From: a virus
Lineage: Duplodnaviria > Caudoviricetes
IMG/VR virus record: IMGVR_UViG_3300043775_000860
Location: 819-64,818 of that record
Strand: one strand, 5' to 3'
Length of the DNA stretch: 64,000 bases
Shown here in pieces: positions 1 to 7,974 of the stretch (within the stretch, counting starts at the first letter, position 1; the number at the start of each line of letters is the position of its first letter). Position numbers and translations under genes: made by a program. The notes under the pieces were generated by a model. The model was not told the DNA's origin. It did no database searches and saw nothing but the letters and a program-made list of their open reading frames with translations.

Positions 1-430
1 TGTCAGCCTTACCCTTCCACTGCTTACCCTTGATGTCTCCTATCATTGGCTTCTCGTAGATGTTACCCGACCTGTAGATTTCATCGAAGAATGTAATATT
101 TTTCTTCATTGTAGCTACAAGGGTATTGATTTCTTCTACCTCCTTGGTTAGGAGGCAGAAGTCAAGTCCATTGTCTTCAATGAATTTCTTATACTCCTTC
201 GTGGTTCGGGTGCTAACATCAACATGAGGTACATTGACAGCCTTCTCCGGTTCTATTAACAACTGATGGAACAATCTGCCTTCTGCGAAGTTCTTGTTGT
301 CTTCTCTGTGCGCCCTAAAGTTCTTAGGGTTTGACAACAAAGCACCAATGTCTGAGTTAGATAGGTAGTATTTACCCACGCCACTGTAATACTCATTGTC
401 GTCATTGAGTTTATCAATTATTTCCTGCAT
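1..430 (-). CDS. PD-(D/E)XK exonuclease, RecE/DUF3799-like (partial, runs off window)
   Basis: Hand translation from ATG at 430: MQEIIDKLNDDNEYYSGVGKYYLSNSDIGALL...EGRLFHQLLIEPEK...WKGKAD; the LSxS, GxxxH..LEP and KGKxD motifs are typical of this family; adjacent to an annealase gene. Confidence 0.75.
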   Translation of the reverse strand, partial: MQEIIDKLNDDNEYYSGVGKYYLSNSDIGALLSNPKNFRAHREDNKNFAEGRLFHQLLIEPEKAVNVPHVDVSTRTTKEYKKFIEDNGLDFCLLTKEVEEINTLVATMKKNITFFDEIYRSGNIYEKPMIGDIKGKQWKGKAD

Positions 431-434
431 GGTA

Positions 435-1028
435 TTACTGATTTAGGAGTGCAACAATATCCTTCTTGATGGCGGGGCTCATCTTGTACTTCCTGCTCAA
501 CTGCTGACCAATCTTCTCAATACCAATCTCCTTGTTCGCATTAACGTAGGCAACAACCTTGTCCCAATTCTCTGTATCCTTCTTGAGTTCAACCAAGCCA
601 TCTGACGGTGCGGCTGCCTTCTTGGTTGGCTCAGTAACCATCTCAGGTACATCCTCGCCTGTCCAAAGGCTCAGACCTAATCCGTGCATGGCAATTGCCT
701 TTGCAGTGCTTCTCTGAATTGATTTGGTTACATCTGTTGAAGTGACCTTGGCAATGGGAATTGAATTGTTCTTGAAGTCCATGACCGGTAGGTAGTCAAT
801 GTGCTCAATGCCATTAACCACAATACCAACCTTCACGTAGGCTGTAACGCCATCTGTAAAGTAATTTAAACCGGTGTGGTCGCTTTCGTAAACCTTCCTC
901 TGAGCATCGGGATAGATACTCTTTAGGGTTGCCCATGCATTTGCCCATGATAGGTAATCCAAGTTACCCTTACGCTCAATCTTGTCTTTGACGCTAATCG
1001 CTGATAGCTTTCCGTAAACTGATTCCAT
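435..1028 (-). CDS. Sak/Rad52-like single-strand annealing protein (DUF1071-like)
   Basis: YLSWANAW...YLPVMDFKN...IQRSTAKAIAMHGLGLSLWTGED motifs; likely start MESVYGK at 1028. Confidence 0.8.
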   Translation of the reverse strand: MESVYGKLSAISVKDKIERKGNLDYLSWANAWATLKSIYPDAQRKVYESDHTGLNYFTDGVTAYVKVGIVVNGIEHIDYLPVMDFKNNSIPIAKVTSTDVTKSIQRSTAKAIAMHGLGLSLWTGEDVPEMVTEPTKKAAAPSDGLVELKKDTENWDKVVAYVNANKEIGIEKIGQQLSRKYKMSPAIKKDIVALLNQ

Positions 1029-1044
1029 TGTATTTGATTTTGAT

Positions 1045-1347
1045 TTAAATGAATACTGCTTTCTCAATGTCCTTAACTACTTGGGCGTAGTCGGCATCCT
1101 CTTTAACCTTGATAGTAACTGAATTAACGCCATGGATAATAGAGGAATGCTTGATGTCATACCCATTGGCTTCCATGAATGTCTGAATGTAACCAAAGGT
1201 CATTGGTCTTCTGTAACACAGGTAGTAAAGCAAATGCCTAGCATCTACAATCCCCCGCTTCTTATTCTTGGAGAACAACTCCTGCTTTGTAATCCCAAAC
1301 AAGTCGACAACTCGGTCAACGTATTGGTTGAAAATTTCCTGCTTCAT
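1045..1347 (-). CDS. DnaA domain IV-like helix-turn-helix protein
   Basis: VVDLFGITKQELFSKNKKRGIVDARHLLYYL...KHSSIIHG resembles the DnaA C-terminal DNA-binding domain. Confidence 0.7.
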   Translation of the reverse strand: MKQEIFNQYVDRVVDLFGITKQELFSKNKKRGIVDARHLLYYLCYRRPMTFGYIQTFMEANGYDIKHSSIIHGVNSVTIKVKEDADYAQVVKDIEKAVFI

Positions 1348-1401
1348 TAGATTTAATTTAGTGAACGAATATAGTTAATATGTACAATACTCGTATAAAA
1401 T

Positions 1402-1662
1402 TTATTTAATTTTTTTCCACAAATAATCTTCAACCTTATCCACATCCTTGTCTGTGATGCCATCGGTGAAGAACTCTGCTGTGCTAAGTATCTGAATGTA
1501 GTGCGAACCCGCATAAACAATGACGTTCCTAGCGTCTACGTGCAAATTTTCGTTGGAAAAATTGTCTTTGAAGACACTAATCGGAACGATTCTGCCTGTC
1601 TCTACGAACTCTTCTTTGGTCTTGATTCCCTCCAAGGGGATTGATTGTAGTTGGTAATACAT
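1402..1662 (-). CDS. hypothetical protein
   Basis: ORF in early minus-strand cluster; probable start MYYQLQ after an A-rich leader and a TATATTTG box. Confidence 0.55.
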   Translation of the reverse strand: MYYQLQSIPLEGIKTKEEFVETGRIVPISVFKDNFSNENLHVDARNVIVYAGSHYIQILSTAEFFTDGITDKDVDKVEDYLWKKIK

Positions 1663-1701
1663 AATGTTAATTTGATTTAATTTGGTACAAATATACAACA
1701 A

Positions 1702-1941
1702 TTATTTCACATTGCTGCGCTTTAGCATATCATAATATTTTTGGGCGAACTTTACCTTCCACTCGCCCGTATGTCCATCCTCGTCAAGGGCGTACATGAT
1801 GGCGGTCTTCAGCATGAACTCCTCATCGGCTAAACTCTTCTCAAGTTCCTCTTTCATGATTCTGCTGACAAGACTTTCGTAATCATTGCCGTTCTTGTGA
1901 AGTGAATCGAATACTTTAATTAGCTTCTGTACTGTTGTCAT
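1702..1941 (-). CDS. hypothetical protein
   Basis: 79-aa ORF packed in the minus-strand operon. Confidence 0.55.
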   Translation of the reverse strand: MTTVQKLIKVFDSLHKNGNDYESLVSRIMKEELEKSLADEEFMLKTAIMYALDEDGHTGEWKVKFAQKYYDMLKRSNVK

Positions 1942-2053
1942 TTCTTTAGTTTTTTAAGCATCCAAAAAATTTCATTACCGAAGTATAGGCATAGCATAAC
2001 CGGCAAGCCTATGAAGACAAACGATAAAATTTCTACGATAAACTTTAGGTTTT

Positions 2054-2248
2054 TCATCCCCAATCTTCTTTTTTGTGTTGAACAATTTCTTCAACCTTTT
2101 CCATTGGCATGGTGTCCACCAATAGCATAAGTATTGAAGTGTTTAATTTTAACTCGTTGATGATGGTATAAACATCGTATGCGCTGATACCAATCTCCCG
2201 CATCTGTCTTAAGATTTCGGGGGTCTTTTCGTGGTTTATTATATTCAT
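2054..2248 (-). CDS. hypothetical protein
   Basis: 64-aa ORF with ATGA overlap to the upstream gene. Confidence 0.55.
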   Translation of the reverse strand: MNIINHEKTPEILRQMREIGISAYDVYTIINELKLNTSILMLLVDTMPMEKVEEIVQHKKEDWG

Positions 2249-2616
2249 CCGAAAACAATTTCACCCATTACAAGGTACTGAAAAATAGCATCGCTAGTGT
2301 CGGCATCGCCTTCTTCATTCAGTTCTGCGCTCCAAACCCTGCTGAAGTTTTTATCCTTTGACAGGTTGTTAACGCTTTCTATGATTGAGTCATGGCTTAT
2401 AACTCCAAGGCACTCTTCGGGATTCTCAAGGTCATGGATTGCCACCTCAACACCTTTGTCAAAGATTGCCATGAACATTGCCATGGACAATGCGGGTTCT
2501 TCAGACTTGGGAACCGCTTCCCTAATCTTTTTATGTTCCTTGCTTGGTATCAAATACCAATAATTGCTACCACCTTCCAAGGCGGTCACAAAAACGTTTT
2601 CCAAGATGTCTCTCAT
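2245..2616 (-). CDS. hypothetical phage protein
   Basis: 123-aa ORF (VTALEGGSNYW...DAIFQYLVMGEIVFG) coupled by overlaps to neighbours. Confidence 0.65.
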   Translation of the reverse strand: MRDILENVFVTALEGGSNYWYLIPSKEHKKIREAVPKSEEPALSMAMFMAIFDKGVEVAIHDLENPEECLGVISHDSIIESVNNLSKDKNFSRVWSAELNEEGDADTSDAIFQYLVMGEIVFG

Positions 2617-2924
2617 AAATTGTTTGTTTTTGGGATTTGTAATGATTCCGCTGCGAAGTCAATGGCTAAGAAGATTTGCTCTACAACGGCAGGATTTCTC
2701 AAGGCAATGTTTAGGATGCCTTGAGCCTCATCTTCGGTACAGCTGTAACTCTCAGTTACATCCGCGGTACACCAAAGATTGTCTGTGTAGTAGCCCATCT
2801 TTTTTAGGTTTGCTTTCAGCGTTTGTCTGTCATTTAGCTTCTTTCTTGTAATCAACAACTGCTCCCGCAGGTAGTCAATCTCAAGTTGGGCTGATGCCCT
2901 CTCGGTCATTTGTTTGTGGTTCAT
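2613..2924 (-). CDS. hypothetical protein
   Basis: Probable start MNHKQMTERA at 2924 after AAATCAAATCAAATCAAT leader; the longer ORF-track extension overlaps the tRNA-like element. Confidence 0.6.
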   Translation of the reverse strand: MNHKQMTERASAQLEIDYLREQLLITRKKLNDRQTLKANLKKMGYYTDNLWCTADVTESYSCTEDEAQGILNIALRNPAVVEQIFLAIDFAAESLQIPKTNNL

Positions 2925-2950
2925 ATTGATTTGATTTGATTTAAAGTGAG

Positions 2951-3033
2951 CCATCGGGGCAGGATTCGAACCTGCATAACCATTAACGGAATCATGACAC
3001 TTAGGTAGGCTCCACCATTTCCGACACCCGATG
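2951..3033 (-). tRNA. tRNA-like element / pseudo-tRNA (intact acceptor stem and T arm, unpaired anticodon arm)
   Basis: Minus strand: CATCGGG...GCAGG-TTCGAAT-CCTGC-CCCGATG-G, D-loop-like GGAAATGGTGGA, 83 nt; no canonical anticodon stem found. Confidence 0.6.
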
Positions 3034-3064
3034 AAAAAACCCCAATGTAGAAACATCGGGGGGT
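3034..3064 (-). terminator. intrinsic terminator-like hairpin
   Basis: Minus strand CCCCGATGTTTCTACATTGGGG followed by TTTTTT, downstream of the GATase-GGCT gene. Confidence 0.6.
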
Positions 3065-3087
3065 AAACTAACCATTAAAACACAACA

Positions 3088-4191
3088 CTATGCGTGGTAA
3101 GTTATGACTTCGTTCTCAGAAAACCAATCGTCACATCCATTGCAATGATAGTTACTGAATCCGTCATGGTCAAGGTCATTAAAACAATTTATACAGATAG
3201 GTTTCTCGTTCTTCACATCGAACTCATCATCGTCACTCAACTCGTCAAAGTACAACTGCCTACCCAACCTCCTCTCAGCCTCAAGCACCTCATCCTCATC
3301 TTCCTCCCACCACTTCTTAGTCTCGCTCTGCTTGATGAATGACACTGACTGTGTGTAGGTCTCATGAACCTCCTGCCCTCTGTACTTGTCAGCTATGTTA
3401 AAGTATATCCAACAAGTTAGCGTCCTGCCGTCCTTCATCTTGATTGGTATCTGCTTGCGCCTGTACCAATTCGGATGACCCTCCAACGCATCTAACCCCT
3501 TCATCACTGAATCACTAACCTTGAACACATCAACCTCAACATTGTACCCTATGCCCTTCATCTCAAAGAGGTAGGGCAAACCCGATATGATTAGCGGATA
3601 CTTGTCTTCTGTCTTACCTGCGCCCAAATGTTTTGAGGATGTCAAAAACCTATTGTAGTTGCTGTACCCCTTCTTGAGCGTTCCATACACCGCAACTAAA
3701 TTATCCTCAAGCACATTGCCCTTGCTGTACCAAATGCCATCACGCTGAATCCACAAGTGCTTGTTGTACATCTGAAACGTTCTGTTGCGGGTGTTGATAG
3801 TCACGAACCTGCTGTCATACTTCTCCAACTCCCTCTTCCATGTGTGCCTCGGAACATCCCCCAACGATTCAGCAAGTACCCTTGAATCACTCTTCTTGGC
3901 ATTGCCCATGCCCATGATAGTTCCGTTCATCATCAACCACTCATGCCTGTTGTTCCCGCACCTAAATGGATGCGTATTCTCTTGATTTACAGCGCCTACT
4001 GTGGCGTATCTAAAGTGACAGATGAAGGGTCTGTCGGTATCCAATACTTTGTATTGGTTTGATTTGTGGTATGTCACCTCGAAGGTGTCCAACCAAATAA
4101 CTCCTAACCCATGCGGGTTGATTCTGCTTGAGGTCTTTGCAACCTCCTTCGGAAGGGTCATACCCTTCTGCTTGATAATGATTATGCACAT
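3088..4191 (-). CDS. class II glutamine amidotransferase fused to gamma-glutamylcyclotransferase (AIG2-like), C-terminal Cys cluster
   Basis: N-terminal MC (Ntn nucleophile), HFRYAT, NTHPF, NGTI; then VYGTLKKG and LDALEG GGCT motifs; CxxC...CxxC tail. Confidence 0.85.
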   Translation of the reverse strand: MCIIIIKQKGMTLPKEVAKTSSRINPHGLGVIWLDTFEVTYHKSNQYKVLDTDRPFICHFRYATVGAVNQENTHPFRCGNNRHEWLMMNGTIMGMGNAKKSDSRVLAESLGDVPRHTWKRELEKYDSRFVTINTRNRTFQMYNKHLWIQRDGIWYSKGNVLEDNLVAVYGTLKKGYSNYNRFLTSSKHLGAGKTEDKYPLIISGLPYLFEMKGIGYNVEVDVFKVSDSVMKGLDALEGHPNWYRRKQIPIKMKDGRTLTCWIYFNIADKYRGQEVHETYTQSVSFIKQSETKKWWEEDEDEVLEAERRLGRQLYFDELSDDDEFDVKNEKPICINCFNDLDHDGFSNYHCNGCDDWFSENEVITYHA

Positions 4192-4210
4192 AGTGTTTGG
4201 TTTGTGGGTA

Positions 4211-4226
4211 GTGTCTTCGAAGACAC
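4211..4226. repeat. dispersed 16-bp palindrome GTGTCTTCGAAGACAC
   Basis: Perfect palindrome in the leader of the GATase-GGCT gene; further copies at 1562, 6141, 7959, 12513, 35948, 50565, 60271. Confidence 0.9.
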
Positions 4227-4287
4227 AGAACCCGGTTAATGTACTAAAGATGAACGAAGATACGACAATAATTGAACACTGCCAAAT

Positions 4288-4449
4288 TTACTTTTTCAAT
4301 CTTGCCTTAAATTTTTCTCTAACAAGTAGCGGACGGGTGGCTGAAAACTTTGTCCAAGCTTTCTCAACTGCCTCCCACTTGCTGTGTGCTATGATGTCTG
4401 TAATGAAGACGCCACCATAGTAGACTTTGAATAGCATTTCTGATTCCAT
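4288..4449 (-). CDS. hypothetical protein (53 aa, below ORF-track cutoff)
   Basis: Hand translation MESEMLFKVYYGGVFITDIIAHSKWEAVEKAWTKF...RLKK after an A-rich leader. Confidence 0.55.
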   Translation of the reverse strand: MESEMLFKVYYGGVFITDIIAHSKWEAVEKAWTKFSATRPLLVREKFKARLKK

Positions 4450-4469
4450 TGTGTTTTGATTTGGTTAGG

Positions 4470-4513
4470 AACTGAGGGTGGTAACGAACCACCTTCGCTC
4501 ATTGCTCTCAGTT
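4470..4513 (-). ncRNA. tRNA-like minihelix (acceptor stem + T arm only)
   Basis: Minus strand AACTGAG-(13 nt)-GGTGG-TTCGTTA-CCACC-CTCAGTT: 7-bp stem stacked on a 5-bp stem with a 7-nt TTCG loop; intergenic. Confidence 0.5.
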
Positions 4514-4521
4514 CTTGGGTG

Positions 4522-4749
4522 TTAATTTGTCGGAACCCAACCGACCTCAATTCCGATGTCATTCCCATTGGCAATGGCATCCTTGATTTCCTGAAGACTC
4601 CTGAGCCACCTGTCTGTGCCGTCAGGCATCAACTCATGGTATTCGAAGACAAGAGGACTGCACTCGAAAAGAATCTCCGCATAGGGCGTTACTACGTGCC
4701 ATACAAGGACTGAATCGTTTCTTCTGTTCGTGATTCTAAATTTTTTCAT
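4522..4749 (-). CDS. hypothetical protein
   Basis: Probable start MKKFRITNRR at 4749. Confidence 0.5.
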   Translation of the reverse strand: MKKFRITNRRNDSVLVWHVVTPYAEILFECSPLVFEYHELMPDGTDRWLRSLQEIKDAIANGNDIGIEVGWVPTN

Positions 4750-4759
4750 ACTGTTTGGT

Positions 4760-4948
4760 TTAATAATCATCATCAAGATACTCGCCCGCATCCATGTAGT
4801 CATGGTATCGGTCACGCCTGTATGGATACTTGTCACCATCGTAGCACTCGTCACACCAATGACCTGTACTTATTCCATACGCATCTGACCTCTCTTCCAC
4901 CCACTTGTCGGGATTCATCTCATGGGATTGCTCACAACCCCTGCACAT
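4760..4948 (-). CDS. small Cys-rich (zinc-finger-like) protein
   Basis: MCRGC...HWCDEC pair of CxxC motifs, acidic tail. Confidence 0.55.
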   Translation of the reverse strand: MCRGCEQSHEMNPDKWVEERSDAYGISTGHWCDECYDGDKYPYRRDRYHDYMDAGEYLDDDY

Positions 4949-4955
4949 GATTTTT

Positions 4956-5141
4956 TCACGCCTCATGGTCTTCGGTTTTGCTGTTATAAACTTCAGCACC
5001 CCACTTGGTGTGCCTGTCATGCTTGTAGACTGAAAACAAGGCATCCATGTACATCATGAATTCTTTCTTGTCTGCATCATTGAGGTAAAGCAGTCTGTCG
5101 ATTACCCCTTGAATAACTTCTAAACGCTGTTGTTCTGTCAT
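4956..5141 (-). CDS. hypothetical protein
   Basis: Short ORF downstream of a TATCTTTG box (5159-5166). Confidence 0.45.
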   Translation of the reverse strand: MTEQQRLEVIQGVIDRLLYLNDADKKEFMMYMDALFSVYKHDRHTKWGAEVYNSKTEDHEA

Positions 5142-5190
5142 GTTGTTCAATTTTAGTTCAAAGATAATACAATTCTAGATATAAACAAAA

Positions 5191-5634
5191 TTAAATTAAT
5201 CCATTCTCGTTGAATGAATAGTAGCTTTCATCTGTGATAATGAGATGGTCAAGCAACTTCATGTCAAAGAATGCACACGCGTTCTTAATCTTCTCAGTGA
5301 TTGACCTGTCGCCATCAGAAGGTTTGAGGTTGCCACTTGGATGGTTGTGGGCAAGGATGATTGAAGAGCAGGCGTTCTGCAACGCTATGGTCATTACAAC
5401 CCTTGGGTCTAAAACTGTCCCGCTGAACCCGCCCGAACTTACTCGGTAGTACCCAACAACATCATTGGCTCTGTTAAGGCACACCATGATGACCTCTTCT
5501 GTCCATAAAATTGTGTCGGCATTGAAGATTGAGCGCATAACCTCAACCATTTTTTCGGGGCTTGTGATAGTCACCCTGTCACCCTTGGTGACACTGACCT
5601 TCACCTTAATCTGTGGGAACTTGTACTTTTTCAT
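5191..5634 (-). CDS. RadC-like JAB/MPN domain protein
   Basis: E...LNRANDV...GGFSGTVLDPRVV...IILAHNHPSGNLKPSDGD...LLDHLII, the HxHPSG..S..D JAB motif. Confidence 0.9.
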   Translation of the reverse strand: MKKYKFPQIKVKVSVTKGDRVTITSPEKMVEVMRSIFNADTILWTEEVIMVCLNRANDVVGYYRVSSGGFSGTVLDPRVVMTIALQNACSSIILAHNHPSGNLKPSDGDRSITEKIKNACAFFDMKLLDHLIITDESYYSFNENGLI

Positions 5635-5650
5635 GTGCTAAATTTTAATT

Positions 5651-5718
5651 GGTTAAGACGGGAGGGGTTGCTCGTTCCTCGCTCCCGTTTCGGGTATTCA
5701 ACCCATCGTCAGTTAACC
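5651..5718 (-). ncRNA. hammerhead ribozyme, type I
   Basis: Minus strand GGTTAA-CTGACGA-T-GGGT-TGAAT-ACCC-GAAAC-GGGAG...CTCCC-GTC-TTAACC: full core, stems I-III; predicted cut between 5657 and 5656. Confidence 0.9.
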
Positions 5719-5943
5719 TCGGTGGTACTTCGACCCATCGGCGTGGGGGTTGATGCTCATGTCATGCTCGGCTTCTTGTAGCCACTTGGCATACTCAAGC
5801 ATGAGATTGACGAAATTGGTATCGTCATACCCCTCAAGGGTAATCCACATGATGTCAGCATCGCTAGTGTCTGAGGCAATGCCCTTAGAGGCTAAAAAGA
5901 ACTCCATTGTGGCGCTCCAATCGAAATGGTAGGTCTGTGTCAT
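5713..5943 (-). CDS. hypothetical protein
   Basis: 76-aa ORF whose TAA forms part of hammerhead stem I. Confidence 0.6.
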   Translation of the reverse strand: MTQTYHFDWSATMEFFLASKGIASDTSDADIMWITLEGYDDTNFVNLMLEYAKWLQEAEHDMSINPHADGSKYHRG

Positions 5944-5947
5944 GTGA

Positions 5948-6031
5948 TTAAAATTTAATGGTTAAACCTAGTAAAAGAAGGAAGGCAATGATGGTCAAGA
6001 GCAAGGCTGTGTTTGGTTCTGAATGTTTCAT
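5948..6031 (-). CDS. 27-aa single-transmembrane peptide
   Basis: Hand translation MKHSEPNTALLLTIIAFLLLLGLTIKF after leader AAAACCATTAAAC. Confidence 0.45.
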   Translation of the reverse strand: MKHSEPNTALLLTIIAFLLLLGLTIKF

Positions 6032-6086
6032 GTTTAATGGTTTTGATGGTTTCTGAGGGGGGCAGTCACGCTCTGCGTGGCTGTTT

Positions 6087-6135
6087 CCGTTTCGCCCTTT
6101 TGGGCTCATCAGCATGGGCAAACACCCATGGACGG
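6087..6135 (-). ncRNA. hammerhead ribozyme, type III
   Basis: Minus strand CC-GTC-CATGGG-TGTTTG-CCCATG-CTGATGA-GCCC-AAAA-GGGC-GAAAC-GG; predicted cut between 6131 and 6130. Confidence 0.9.
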
Positions 6136-6169
6136 TGGGAGTGTCTTTGAAGACACCCCCCTTCGCACT

Positions 6170-7066
6170 CTAAAGATACTGTTGGATGCTTTCGTGGATT
6201 GTTCCGGTAAGAATGAACTTTCGGAAATGCCTTGCCAACTCAAGAATCTCATTGGTCTTCTCTTCGTCACCATTGTACATGGATTTGATGATGGGGCGAA
6301 TGGTCTTCAGAAACGCCTCATGTGACCCATTAGGCTTGTTGACTGAGAAATCAACCAACTCATGCATCAGTTCATACCTGCGAATCATCTGCTTAACGCT
6401 TTCGAAGCGGGAAGGCACTCTGAACTCAAGGCAATTGTCTTTGACCAAGGCAACTTGGTACTTGTTATCCCAAAGGTGGGATGGGCACTCAGAATAGGTC
6501 TGCATCCTGTTGTTGTACTTGCAATAGGTGTTTTTTAACCTGTTGCGAAACAAGGCGTAAACAATGCCACAATTTCCCCTTACCATGCCCCTTAGGTCGT
6601 TACCATTGAACCCTTCAACAGCAATGGTAATGTGACCACCACAGCGTTTGTCTGAAGGGCTGAAACGGTCTTCAATGATACGGTCTGCCTTATGCATCAT
6701 GTCGAAAACCTTGTTGCGCCATGTGGATGCAGGAACAAGGGGCAGAATGTGGGTGACTGCCTCATAGCCACATGAGCCGTCCTTCTCAAACCCGCAGAAC
6801 AGCTCATATTCACGAACAGCGCTGCGGTGTAGGCTGTTTTTCTCTACCTCAAAACCAATGGTGAACTTGCTCCTGTAGTCACCGAAAGACTCAATGAGAT
6901 TGCCCCTTTGAGCCTTCTTGAGACCCGCAATGTCACCCTTCTTTGCCTTGCCCGAAATGTTGACGGGGTGGGGCTTGTTGTGGTATTCTTGAACTTGACC
7001 CCTAGACACCATTTGACGGTATCTGTTTAAGCCGTTTCCTTGCAATGTGAACTCTAAATTTTGCAT
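6170..7066 (-). CDS. putative amidoligase (COOH-NH2 ligase, glutamine synthetase-like fold)
   Basis: FTIGFEVE, DGSC.GYEAVT, CGGHIT, KY, LEFR motifs of the amidoligase-2 family; probable start MQNLEF at 7066. Confidence 0.75.
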   Translation of the reverse strand: MQNLEFTLQGNGLNRYRQMVSRGQVQEYHNKPHPVNISGKAKKGDIAGLKKAQRGNLIESFGDYRSKFTIGFEVEKNSLHRSAVREYELFCGFEKDGSCGYEAVTHILPLVPASTWRNKVFDMMHKADRIIEDRFSPSDKRCGGHITIAVEGFNGNDLRGMVRGNCGIVYALFRNRLKNTYCKYNNRMQTYSECPSHLWDNKYQVALVKDNCLEFRVPSRFESVKQMIRRYELMHELVDFSVNKPNGSHEAFLKTIRPIIKSMYNGDEEKTNEILELARHFRKFILTGTIHESIQQYL

Positions 7067-7082
7067 AAATTGAAATTTTAAT

Positions 7083-7137
7083 GGTTTGGACGGGGTTTGA
7101 CCCCCGTTTCGGCTATTCAAGCCATCATCAGCAAACC
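7083..7137 (-). ncRNA. hammerhead ribozyme, type I
   Basis: Minus strand GGTTTG-CTGATGA-T-GGCT-TGAAT-AGCC-GAAAC-GGGG-GTCAAA-CCCC-GTC-CAAACC; predicted cut between 7089 and 7088. Confidence 0.92.
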
Positions 7138-7760
7138 TATTGCGCTGAATTCATGGCATCAATCAAAAAGTTGATAGCCGACTGAATTTCATCCCTTGAA
7201 TTGGTAGTTTTGACTTCACCCGCCTCATTAATGCGGATTGAAATGTTTTTGTCGGGATGTTTGAAAGCAAGGGTAAAAATTGTGGCTGACCTTGTTTCCA
7301 CTTCAGCGCCTTCACCACCCTCTTCGCCATTTCCACCCTCTTCGCCTTGCTCCACAGCCTTTGCAAACTTCAGCAAGTTTTCAATAGACCTTACCACCTC
7401 TTCACCCCTGCCTTCAGCCTCAAGGCATTTCTGATTGAAATTCTCAATTACCCTAAAGTCTAACTTGCCGACCTTAAGCAATTTGTAGCTGAAGGATTTC
7501 TGCCACCCGAACACCTTTAGGAAAAACTCCTCATTTGTCCAACTTATGCCCTCCTCATTCATCTTGGCTTTGCCCTCTTCTGAGGAAAACCAAGCAAATG
7601 AATCCTTAACGGCATTGGCCAACAGAATGCTGTTGTCAAATTTTTTCTTCTGTGCATTGGTGTCGGCTCTTCTCAATGCATTGATGGTTTGGAGATTCAA
7701 GAACCTCTTCACTTCGGGATTACTAAGAAACGCCTGTTCGATTGAAAGTAAATTGCTCAT
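7137..7760 (-). CDS. hypothetical protein, first gene of the early leftward operon
   Basis: 207-aa ORF with Gly/Glu linker; its stop codon abuts the hammerhead. Confidence 0.7.
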   Translation of the reverse strand: MSNLLSIEQAFLSNPEVKRFLNLQTINALRRADTNAQKKKFDNSILLANAVKDSFAWFSSEEGKAKMNEEGISWTNEEFFLKVFGWQKSFSYKLLKVGKLDFRVIENFNQKCLEAEGRGEEVVRSIENLLKFAKAVEQGEEGGNGEEGGEGAEVETRSATIFTLAFKHPDKNISIRINEAGEVKTTNSRDEIQSAINFLIDAMNSAQ

Positions 7761-7958
7761 TGTTTTTGTGTTTAATGATTAAATATTTCACAATACTAGT
7801 TCAATACTTTTACATTTCCAAAAATATTTGAAACTTTTTTCCGAAATACTTTTCATTTCAGCGCAAACCATTGTCAACAAAGGGATTGAGCTAGTTGATT
7901 GAATAGACGAAAATTTGACGGGGAATGAATAGAGCGGGGGGTTAACCCCCTCTTCGGG

Positions 7959-7974
7959 GTGTCTTCGAAGACAC
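7959..7974. repeat. dispersed palindrome GTGTCTTCGAAGACAC
   Basis: Perfect copy in the divergence region. Confidence 0.9.

Noticed and set aside
2925-3056. N-terminal extension of ORF 2613-3056
   Set aside because: It reads through the tRNA-like element and terminator; ATG 2924 has the typical leader
7067-7120. N-terminal extension of the amidoligase ORF
   Set aside because: TTG start lies inside the hammerhead and spans its cut site; ATG 7066 is preferred
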